Virus record (IMG/VR): IMGVR_UViG_3300021400_000038
Span: 1-41,305 of that record
DNA length: 41,305 nucleotides
Strand: one strand, 5' to 3'
From: a virus
Shown here piece by piece: positions 15,957-22,896 of the stretch (its first letter is position 1; each line of letters opens with the position of its first letter). Made by a program: the position numbers and the translations under genes. The notes below the pieces were generated by a model. It saw only the letters and a program-made list of their open reading frames with translations. It did not search any database and was not told where the DNA came from.

Positions 15957-16026
15957 CCGCCCACTCCTTGCCAGGTTAAGCGGTTATCTCGTTTGATCCG
16001 AGGGAGAACCGTCATCGGCTTCCTCT
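15942..16026 (-). ncRNA. Candidate antisense antitoxin sRNA of about 85 nt, convergent with and overlapping the 3' end of the peptide gene.
   Basis: Starts downstream of the consensus - strand promoter at 16033-16061. Ends at an 11-bp hairpin (15990-15950) followed on the - strand by TTTTTGTTG. Contains CUCCCUC (complement of 16000-16006), which is complementary to the toxin SD. Confidence 0.5.
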
Positions 16027-16032
16027 GTCCCT

Positions 16033-16061
16033 ATTATACACCGCTTTTTTTGTTTTGTCAA
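16033..16061 (-). promoter_or_regulatory. Perfect consensus sigma-70 promoter on the - strand.
   Basis: The - strand reads TTGACA (16061-16056), a 17-nt spacer, then TATAAT (16038-16033). Confidence 0.7.
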
Positions 16062-16090
16062 TAGGTATGTAAATATATTTATATAATTTT

Positions 16091-16114
16091 GCGGGGAATT
16101 TCCCCGCCTTTTTT
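16091..16114 (+). terminator. Palindromic hairpin GCGGGGAATTCCCCGC followed by a T-run. + strand terminator, possibly a weak bidirectional one for the lipoprotein operon.
   Basis: 16-nt perfect palindrome followed by CCTTTTTTATTTT on the + strand. Confidence 0.65.
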
Positions 16115-16634
16115 ATTTTAACGCACTTTCTTTTTCCGCTTTTAGGTTTTCTATTCTTTCATACGATGTTTGCATATACCTGTCTAATGAAGAAATACGG
16201 GTGTTATAGGTATTCATAACTTGATTAAGTTGATATTCCAACTCTGAAATTTTCTTCTTTTTGGCTTCAAGAGATTGTTGTGCTTGTAATCTTGTGTCCA
16301 TATATTTTTGATATATCGGCTTATTGTACTCTTGAACATAGTACTGATAATCTGCTTTTGCAACATGAATTTGATCTGAAAAATCTTTTTGAACTGCATC
16401 TCTTTCGATAATTAGTTCGGATCTTTCACGAGACAAGCCATCATAATATCTTTGCTCGTCTGCTATCATGGAATCATATTTTGCAGAAATTTCTGCTTTA
16501 TTATTTGCAGTATTTGACTCGTTTACTGTATTTGGCTCTGTTACATTATTTGACTTGGTTACATTTTTTGAAGAGCAAGATACAAATATAAATGCAATAA
16601 TAAGCAATACAAATAGAATATTTATAGTTTTCAT
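16113..16634 (-). CDS. Lipoprotein of 173 aa, AT-rich moron. Candidate superinfection-exclusion or surface protein.
   Basis: Signal peptide plus lipobox MKTINILFVLLIIAFIFVS-C. Coiled-coil-like mature part. Much lower GC than its surroundings. ATGA overlap with the upstream XRE gene. Confidence 0.8.
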   Translation of the reverse strand: MKTINILFVLLIIAFIFVSCSSKNVTKSNNVTEPNTVNESNTANNKAEISAKYDSMIADEQRYYDGLSRERSELIIERDAVQKDFSDQIHVAKADYQYYVQEYNKPIYQKYMDTRLQAQQSLEAKKKKISELEYQLNQVMNTYNTRISSLDRYMQTSYERIENLKAEKESALK

Positions 16635-16951
16635 TGTTCTATCTCCCTTACAAATTCAATGACCCTCTCCTGCTCGTCCGCGGTCAGCCCGCGGAACAGA
16701 TCGAGCAGGGCTTTTTCTTTTTCGGAAAGTACCACCTTGGGTTCCGCTCCCGGATCGTCCGTGTTGCCCAGAAGATAATCGGCGCTGACACCAAAATAGG
16801 ACGCGATCGCAAGCAGGGAAGAATGGTTTGGCACAGTATTCTTCTTTTCCCAGTAACGAATCTGGTTCTCTCCCATTTTAACATCGGATAAAAATTGCTT
16901 TCTTGTTAAATTTCGTTCTTGCAAAAGAGCGTTTAACCGTTCGATAAACAT
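16631..16951 (-). CDS. XRE-family HTH transcriptional regulator, 106 aa.
   Basis: LTRKQFLSDVKMGENQIRYWEKKNTVPNHSSLLAIASYFGVSADYLLG is a classic Cro/C1-type HTH. GGGAGAAAAA RBS. Confidence 0.85.
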   Translation of the reverse strand: MFIERLNALLQERNLTRKQFLSDVKMGENQIRYWEKKNTVPNHSSLLAIASYFGVSADYLLGNTDDPGAEPKVVLSEKEKALLDLFRGLTADEQERVIEFVREIEQ

Positions 16952-16982
16952 GATATTTTTCTCCCTTTTTTGACAAAATCTA

Positions 16983-17011
16983 TTTACAAACCACTAAATA
17001 GTGGCTATAAT
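16983..17011 (+). promoter_or_regulatory. Sigma-70-type promoter with a palindromic operator-like element in its spacer.
   Basis: TTTACA, 17-nt spacer, TATAAT. The spacer contains CCACTAAATAGTGG (16991-17004). Confidence 0.55.
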
Positions 17012-17065
17012 AGTAACTGTGGTTATCATTATTATAGCAAATAATTAAAGTTTTGGAGCGCAAAT

Positions 17066-17191
17066 ATGACAAAATTCGCAGATTTTGCAACAGAACAGGA
17101 AGCCGCGCGGTGCGTGGAACTCCTCAAAAGCATGGGCGAGAATGCCCGGCAGGACGGTTGTACCGTCTTTGTGGAGTATTCAAAACAGTAA
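17066..17191 (+). CDS. Unlisted 41-aa ORF MTKFADFATEQEAARCVELLKSMGENARQDGCTVFVEYSKQ. Divergent from the XRE gene and convergent with the repressor gene, overlapping its 3' end by 12 nt.
   Basis: GGAG-N7-ATG. Promoter at 16983-17011. Visibly more GC-rich than the flanking AT-rich spacer. Confidence 0.4.
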   Translation: MTKFADFATEQEAARCVELLKSMGENARQDGCTVFVEYSKQ

Positions 17192-17785
17192 CTTTCCCCG
17201 GATCTCCACGGCGATGCCCATGCAACGGACGGGAAGTTTCTCTACCTGCTCCGCGCTGAAATTCATCGGTTCATACTTTGGATTCAGGGCAACGAGCGTG
17301 ACGCCGTTCGGACGGACGATGACGCGCTTTAAGGTTGCTTCTTCTCCGTTCACCATGACGGCGCAGACCTTGCCGGACTCGAACTCCTCGCTTTTTCGCA
17401 GGATCACCACGTCGCCGCTATACATTCTCGGCTCCATGCTATCCCCACGCACTTGCAGGGCGAAGTATTCTCCGCTCTTTGCCATTTGCGCGGGGATTTC
17501 TTCATAGTCGATGATCTCTTGCTCTGCCAGGATCGGAAGCCCGGCGGCGATCACGCCGTAGACGGGGATCTTGACGCTATTAGGAGAAGTCCCATCCAAT
17601 AAGTAGTCCACAGAAACGCCAAAGTATTCTGCAAGTTTCCGCGCGGTTTTCGACGATACTCCTTTTACTCTTCCCATTTTTAATTCTGTTGCAAGACTTG
17701 GAGCAACGCCCGCTGCTTTTAGCGCAACATGAGGCTTTTCGCCTCTTTCCTCGCATAATTTCACTATTCTTTCGTAAATATTCAC
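17180..17785 (-). CDS. cI/LexA-like repressor with an N-terminal XRE HTH and a C-terminal S24 peptidase domain.
   Basis: HTH TARKLAEYFGVSVDYLL. S24 motifs VRGDSMEP and ATLKRV. GGGGG-N7-GTG at 17785 is preferred. The ORF-track extension to 17932 runs through the AT-rich operator region. Confidence 0.85.
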   Translation of the reverse strand: MNIYERIVKLCEERGEKPHVALKAAGVAPSLATELKMGRVKGVSSKTARKLAEYFGVSVDYLLDGTSPNSVKIPVYGVIAAGLPILAEQEIIDYEEIPAQMAKSGEYFALQVRGDSMEPRMYSGDVVILRKSEEFESGKVCAVMVNGEEATLKRVIVRPNGVTLVALNPKYEPMNFSAEQVEKLPVRCMGIAVEIRGKLLF

Positions 17786-17845
17786 AACATAACCCCCAAA
17801 AAATTGTACAAAAGTACCAAAATTACAAAATTTAGTATAAAACAG

Positions 17846-17874
17846 TTGACAACCACAGAATTTAGTGGTAAAAT
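17846..17874 (+). promoter_or_regulatory. Candidate early lytic promoter with an operator-like element in its spacer.
   Basis: TTGACA, 17-nt spacer, TAAAAT. The spacer contains CCACAGAATTTAGTGG and shares the TTTAGTGG half-site with the 16991-17004 palindrome. Confidence 0.5.
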
Positions 17875-18096
17875 TGTATTGCAAAACAGAAATGCGTAAA
17901 AATCGCGTGGTATAATTCAGGTGTACCAACAAATTGTAAATGATTTGTGAATTATACCACGCCCCCGCTTGACAAGCAAGCGGGGGGTGGCAAGTCCAAA
18001 AGAATTATAATGCACTGTTCACCGCTTACATTATAATACAACTTTTGGTGTTTGTCAAGTGGTTTTTACAAAAAATTGTAATAAGGGAGGAGGGAT

Positions 18097-18291
18097 ATGA
18101 TGACGGACTTTGGAAAGGTCATCAAGATCGCGCTTGTAAACCGTGGCGAAAAGCAGGCGTGGCTTGTTGACCAGGTCAAGGAAAAGACGGGGCTTTACTT
18201 CGACGCCTCGTATTTGACCAAGATCATCAATGGCAAGATCAACGCCGCACCGCAGATCATCGCCGCGATCAAAGAGATTTTGAACATTTGA
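18097..18291 (+). CDS. Cro-like small HTH protein, 64 aa.
   Basis: Divergent from the repressor gene. GGGAGGAGGG RBS. Short HTH-like FGKVIKIALVNRGEKQAWLVDQV. Confidence 0.55.
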   Translation: MMTDFGKVIKIALVNRGEKQAWLVDQVKEKTGLYFDASYLTKIINGKINAAPQIIAAIKEILNI

Positions 18292-18389
18292 CCGCGCGAT
18301 GCGACCACATTCGACCAACCGGATGTGGTATCATTAGTTTCCAAATTGCTGTCCCGTCAGCATCATAACCGGGAGAAAAGGAGAAAGAT

Positions 18390-18686
18390 ATGGAAATCAA
18401 AGAAAACCAGTTTTACATCGTAAGAGCCAACAGAGCCGGCGTGTTCTTCGGCAAGATCAAAAACGCAAACCACGATTCTGTCACCATGCAGGACGTTCGC
18501 AAACTGTTCTATTGGGACGGTGCTTGCGCGGTTGAAGAACTCGCTCTCAACGGTACGAACAAGCCTGGAAACTGCAAGTTTACGGTAACGATCCCGGAGA
18601 TGGAGATCGCTGATCCGATCCAGATTATTCCCTGCACGGAAAAGGCTGTTGCAAGCATTCAGGCGGTGGAAGTATGGAAGGCGTGA
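18390..18686 (+). CDS. Hypothetical early protein, 98 aa.
   Basis: AAGGAGAAAG RBS. First gene after cro. Confidence 0.6.
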   Translation: MEIKENQFYIVRANRAGVFFGKIKNANHDSVTMQDVRKLFYWDGACAVEELALNGTNKPGNCKFTVTIPEMEIADPIQIIPCTEKAVASIQAVEVWKA

Positions 18687-19396
18687 GTTTAGAGCAGAAA
18701 ATACAGCGGTTCCTTGCTGTTGAGATAGGCTCCGGCGACGGCTACGGCTCCGGCTCCGGCTACGGCTCCGGCTCCGGCTCCGGCGACGGCTCCGGCTCCG
18801 GCTCCGGCGACGGCTCCGGCTCCGGCTCCGGCTACGGCTACGGCGACGGCGACGGCTACGGCTACGGCGACGGCTACGGCTCCGGCTCCGGCTACGGCTA
18901 CGGCTCCGGCTACGGCGACGGCGACGGCTACGGCTTGAAATCCTTTAATGGGTTGAAAGTCCATTCCATTGATCGTATTGAAACCGTTATCCTGTCGGTT
19001 CATTTGAACCTTGCAAAGGGATTCTCCATCGCAGACGATCTCACAACGCATCCTTGCTATATAGCAAAAGGAAATAATCTTTTTGCTCATGGGGAAACTG
19101 CGAAAGCCGCACAAGAGGCTCTTCGAGAAAAGATTTTTGACAATCTGGACGATGACGAGAAACTGGATGCCTTCCGATCCGAGTTTCAGGACTTTGACAG
19201 AAAATATCCCGCAAAAGTCTTTTTCGATTGGCACCATAGGTTGACGGGCAGTTGCGAGTTCGGAAGAAATCAATTTTGCAGGAACCACGGGATCAACCTT
19301 GAAACGGATGAATATTCCGTCCGGGATTTTGTCCGCATCTGCCAAGATGATTACGGCGGGGAGATCATCAAAAAGATATTGGAGGACGAGCCATGA
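18674..19396 (+). CDS. 240-aa protein with a 69-residue (Gly-X)n tract (X = Ser/Tyr/Asp) followed by a globular Cys/His-containing C-terminal domain.
   Basis: GSGDGYGSGSGYGSGSGSGDGSGSGSGDG...GYGDGDGYG, then ...HHRLTGSCEFGRNQFCRNHG. Confidence 0.7.
   Translation: MEGVSLEQKIQRFLAVEIGSGDGYGSGSGYGSGSGSGDGSGSGSGDGSGSGSGYGYGDGDGYGYGDGYGSGSGYGYGSGYGDGDGYGLKSFNGLKVHSIDRIETVILSVHLNLAKGFSIADDLTTHPCYIAKGNNLFAHGETAKAAQEALREKIFDNLDDDEKLDAFRSEFQDFDRKYPAKVFFDWHHRLTGSCEFGRNQFCRNHGINLETDEYSVRDFVRICQDDYGGEIIKKILEDEP
18728..18934 (+). repeat. Hexanucleotide-type tandem repeat GGC-(TCC/TAC/GAC), 207 nt, in frame inside the CDS.
   Basis: Read directly. About 34 GGCNNC units with no spacers. Confidence 0.95.
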
Positions 19397-19680
19397 CCAG
19401 GGACGAAATCATGAATCGGTTGGAAGCAGGCGGACCGATCATTGCCCCGGATGGGGACGTAAAAATCATTCCGGCTCCTCAATTACAGGACGCGAGAACC
19501 GCGGTGCTGACCTATGAGAACATCATGGAGCGATACTGCTGCGGGATCAACCGGGCGAAAACGATCATCCGCTCCGTCCGTTCCTGCTGCGGCGGCGGGA
19601 AACTTCCGCAAGGAAAAATCCTCGCCTCGGAACTTGCCTACTGGGAGAGCCTACCAATCAAGAAGGAGGTGAGGATATGA
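19393..19680 (+). CDS. 95-aa protein with a C-terminal excisionase / HTH_17-like segment. Possible Xis or DNA-binding protein.
   Basis: ATGA overlap. LTYENIMERYCCGINRAKTIIRSVR...GKILASELAYWE resembles MerR/excisionase-type HTH proteins. Confidence 0.45.
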   Translation: MTRDEIMNRLEAGGPIIAPDGDVKIIPAPQLQDARTAVLTYENIMERYCCGINRAKTIIRSVRSCCGGGKLPQGKILASELAYWESLPIKKEVRI

Positions 19681-19913
19681 ACTACTGCGAAACGCTGGAA
19701 CGGATGCTCCGTTCGATCAACGAAGGGATCGAAGAGTCCTACGAGAACGGACTGCACTTCCTGCCGGAGTTTGGTCTTATGATCCGCCAGAAGCGCGTGA
19801 TCGAGAAGGCTCTCCGCAAGATGCGGAAGATCCAGGCAGAGGCGGAGGAGATGATCGGCGGTCGCCGTACCGAGAAGATCACCTGCGAAGATCCCGACCT
19901 GGAAAAAAGATAG
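19677..19913 (+). CDS. Hypothetical early protein, 78 aa.
   Basis: AAGGAGGTGAGG RBS and ATGA overlap. Confidence 0.6.
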   Translation: MNYCETLERMLRSINEGIEESYENGLHFLPEFGLMIRQKRVIEKALRKMRKIQAEAEEMIGGRRTEKITCEDPDLEKR

Positions 19914-20016
19914 CCCGCCGTTGTAGCAGCAACGACGGGCAGGGAGAAAGGATATATGGTTATACCTTTCTCATTCTACCACAACAAAACAGATTTGTCA
20001 AGGAGAATTTGAAAAA

Positions 20017-20973
20017 ATGCAAAATGAAAAGATCGTCCGGGTGCCGGATATAACCCGCGAGGAATGGCTCGCGTTCCGGCGAACCGGCATCGGCGGGAGC
20101 GACGCCGCCTGCGTGATGGGGTTGAACCCCTGGCGGAGCCGGTTGGAACTCTACGCCGATAAGAAGGGAATGGTGCCGGACAAAGAGGACACCGAGGCAA
20201 TGCGGATCGGGCGCGACCTGGAAGAATACGTTGCCAAGCGGTTCACCGAGGCGACCGGAAAGAAAGTCCGGCGTAACAACTTCATGTACCGTTCCGCAGC
20301 CAATCCGTTTATGATCGCGGATATTGACCGTGAGGTAGACGGCGAAAGCGCGGGTCTGGAATGCAAGACCACCCGCAACTGGGAGCGCAACGATTATGAA
20401 GCCGGGAACATCCCGCTGATCTACTACGTGCAATGCGTCCACTATATGGCGGTTCGGAACTACGATCGGATGTATCTCGCCGTTCTTGTTCTCGGTAAAG
20501 GCTTCTACTGGTTTACCATTGAGCGCAACGCCGAAGAAGAGGCGGCTCTCATCGCGCAGGAACGCGCGTTCTGGGAACTGGTGCAGAACAACACCCCTCC
20601 CGAAGGAGATGGCACAGAGAGCGCGGAAACCGCCTGTAACACGATCTGCGGGCTTGTGAACGAGGAAAAGACCGAGCCGGTCAACCTCTGCGAGTTCGAC
20701 GACGATTTCCGTTCGCTCGATCTTCTGACCGCCGAGGCAAAATACCTCGACCAGAAAATCAACGCGATCAAGGAACGGATCAAGTTGAAAATGGGGGACG
20801 CGCCCGCCGGATGGTCGGCGAACTACTCCATTTCCTACAAGTCGCAGTCCCGGACGACCGTGGATAGCAAGAAACTCCAAAAAGATTTCCCGCAGGCATA
20901 CGCCGCCTGCACCAAACAATCCACCACAAGAATTTTCAAATACAAGGAGAATAAACAAAATGACAACTTCTAA
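20017..20973 (+). CDS. YqaJ-like viral recombinase-domain exonuclease (PD-(D/E)XK, lambda Exo-like).
   Basis: TREEWLAFRRTGIGGSDAACVMGLNPWRSRLELY N-terminal hallmark. Overlaps recT downstream. Confidence 0.8.
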   Translation: MQNEKIVRVPDITREEWLAFRRTGIGGSDAACVMGLNPWRSRLELYADKKGMVPDKEDTEAMRIGRDLEEYVAKRFTEATGKKVRRNNFMYRSAANPFMIADIDREVDGESAGLECKTTRNWERNDYEAGNIPLIYYVQCVHYMAVRNYDRMYLAVLVLGKGFYWFTIERNAEEEAALIAQERAFWELVQNNTPPEGDGTESAETACNTICGLVNEEKTEPVNLCEFDDDFRSLDLLTAEAKYLDQKINAIKERIKLKMGDAPAGWSANYSISYKSQSRTTVDSKKLQKDFPQAYAACTKQSTTRIFKYKENKQNDNF

Positions 20974-21793
20974 CACCACCGGCGCGATCACGAACGCCTC
21001 CGCAAACCTCGCCGCACAGCAGGCGGCACCGAAGAAGCCCAGCCCGGCAAATATGATGAGAAAACTTCTCGATTCAGAAGCAATGCAAAAGTTGATCACA
21101 GAAACTTGCAAAGAAAAAGCCGGTGAATTTACCGCTTCCGTGATCGAACTTTATTCCTCCGATAAGTCATTGCAAAAATACGATCCGAAAGAAGTATTTA
21201 CAGAGTGCATGAAAGCGGCGACTCTGAATCTTCCTCTTAACAAAAATCTCGGATTTTCATGGGTAATTCCATTCAATGATATTCCGACATTTACCATCGG
21301 ATATAAAGGATTTGTTCAGTTAGCCCAAAGAACAGGCGCCTACAAATACATCAACGCCGGGGTCGTCTATGAGGGCGAGTTCAAGGGTATGGACAAACTA
21401 TCCGGCGCGATCGATATTTCCGGCGAGAAACTCTCGGAAGAAGTGGTCGGCTACTTTGCGTACATCGAAACAATCAACGGCTTTTCAAAGCCTGCCTACT
21501 GGACAAAGGAAGATGTAATCAAATTCGCGAGAAAGTATTCAGCCGGGTTCCGTGCAAACAGCAAGTCTTGGAGAGAAGAATTTGACAAAATGGCAATCAA
21601 GACCGTGTTAAAAGACCTTATCTCCAAATGGGGCGTGATGTCCGTGGAGATGGTCAAGGCGATGGACGATGACCGCGCGGACAACGCGGACGCGGTGATC
21701 CGCGGCGAACAGGAACCGGCTCCCGCTTCCGTGTACGAAGGTCAGGCGGAGGACGCCGATTACCCGCCGCTCGATGGTGAGGTGTCCGCATGA
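20960..21793 (+). CDS. recT: RecT-family single-strand annealing protein.
   Basis: ECMKAATLNLPLNKNLGFSWVIPF...IGYKGFVQLAQRTGAYKYINAGVVYEGEF. Paired with the exonuclease. Confidence 0.8.
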   Translation: MTTSNTTGAITNASANLAAQQAAPKKPSPANMMRKLLDSEAMQKLITETCKEKAGEFTASVIELYSSDKSLQKYDPKEVFTECMKAATLNLPLNKNLGFSWVIPFNDIPTFTIGYKGFVQLAQRTGAYKYINAGVVYEGEFKGMDKLSGAIDISGEKLSEEVVGYFAYIETINGFSKPAYWTKEDVIKFARKYSAGFRANSKSWREEFDKMAIKTVLKDLISKWGVMSVEMVKAMDDDRADNADAVIRGEQEPAPASVYEGQAEDADYPPLDGEVSA

Positions 21794-22113
21794 ACAATCC
21801 GACCGAAGAAATGATGGCATCCGCCCTCGAAGTCAAGCACAGGCAACTGTGCTTGGCTCGGAGTGGGCTGTGGATGAGAATGTGCAACCTCGTGGAAAAA
21901 TCCCATGAGGTATTCAAGGCAATGACGCTTGAGGAGCGCGAACGGGAAATCGACAAGATCGTGGAATTGGCGGTCGCGGTCGATTACCTCAAAAGCGAGG
22001 CCGAGGGCATGGAAAAGTCCGCAGATGACGTCGCGCACAAAATGAACACCGCAAAGGCGTTCTTCGATATGCTGTCAGGGTTGAAATCCAGAAGCAGAGA
22101 AAAGGAAGAATGA
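21790..22113 (+). CDS. Hypothetical protein, 107 aa.
   Basis: ATGA overlap with recT. Helical, charged. Confidence 0.55.
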   Translation: MNNPTEEMMASALEVKHRQLCLARSGLWMRMCNLVEKSHEVFKAMTLEEREREIDKIVELAVAVDYLKSEAEGMEKSADDVAHKMNTAKAFFDMLSGLKSRSREKEE

Positions 22114-22116
22114 CCT

Positions 22117-22890
22117 ATGAAACCCGGCATCGACTTTTTCCCGCTCGATGTCGATTTGGATGAAAAATGGGAACTGATAGAGGCAGAGTTCGGACTGAAA
22201 GGGTTTTCGGTAGTCGTTAAGTTGCTCCAAAGGATTTATGGGGGACAAGGTTACTACTGCGAATTTACAAACGAGGTTGCGCTTTTGTTCGCCAAGAGGC
22301 TTGGTTTGGGTGGGAGCGTCGTTTCGCAAATAGTCTCTGCCGCTGTCAACAGGGGTATCTTCGACAAAACACTATATGATAAGTACGCGATCCTGACTTC
22401 CGGGGGAATTCAGAAACGGTACTTTGAGGCTGTCAGCCGCCGTAAAAGTGTGAAAGTCGATCCACGGTACCTCCTTGTTCCCTATACCCAAAAATCGAGC
22501 GATGATGACAAAAACGAAAAAAATGTAAACATTTTTTCGGAAAATGTCAACAATTTTGAACAAAGTAAAGTAAAGGAGAGTAAAGTAAAGAATACACCAC
22601 CTATCGCGCCCGCGCGCGGGGTAAACCAAAACGTCTATTTGACGGACGAGGAATACGCCGACCTGCAAGCGGCTGGCATCCCGGACTCTTACATTGATTA
22701 CTTTTCCCAAAGGATCAGGGAGAGCGGGTACAACTACGACAGCCACTATGACTTCATCAAGAAGTGGTGGGAGAAGGATCGGAAAAAGGCTCCCTGGAAC
22801 GGTCACCCGAAAGAGCATGAAGGCTCTTTCGACACCGACGAATTTTTCCAGGCGGCACTCCGGCGATCTCAAAATCAAAAAAAAGGATAA
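22117..22890 (+). CDS. Replication initiator / organiser with a DUF4373 (Lin1244/Lin1753-like) N-terminal domain.
   Basis: MKPGIDFFPLDVDLDEKWELIEAEFGLKGFSVVVKLLQRIYG is typical of that family. Confidence 0.6.
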   Translation: MKPGIDFFPLDVDLDEKWELIEAEFGLKGFSVVVKLLQRIYGGQGYYCEFTNEVALLFAKRLGLGGSVVSQIVSAAVNRGIFDKTLYDKYAILTSGGIQKRYFEAVSRRKSVKVDPRYLLVPYTQKSSDDDKNEKNVNIFSENVNNFEQSKVKESKVKNTPPIAPARGVNQNVYLTDEEYADLQAAGIPDSYIDYFSQRIRESGYNYDSHYDFIKKWWEKDRKKAPWNGHPKEHEGSFDTDEFFQAALRRSQNQKKG

Positions 22891-22896
22891 TGAACC

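Noticed and set aside
17786-17932. N-terminal 49-aa extension of the repressor ORF in the track (start at 17932).
   Set aside because: The extension is AT-rich, Phe/Asn/Thr-rich nonsense that overlaps the operator/promoter region. GGGGG-N7-GTG at 17785 gives a normal HTH N-terminus.
18689-19345. 218-aa - strand ORF with (AV/AG)n repeats. The GGCTCC-type array also raised the question of a CRISPR.
   Set aside because: The ORF is the reverse-frame reading of the GGC-NNC repeat. The array has 6-nt units with no spacers, so it is a coding microsatellite and not a CRISPR.
19913-19972. Two hairpins after the early small ORFs: an 11-bp stem with one mismatch at 19913-19940 and an 8-bp stem at 19944-19972.
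   Set aside because: Neither is followed by a T-run, so I do not call them terminators. They could be RNA processing or regulatory elements, but I cannot support a specific call.
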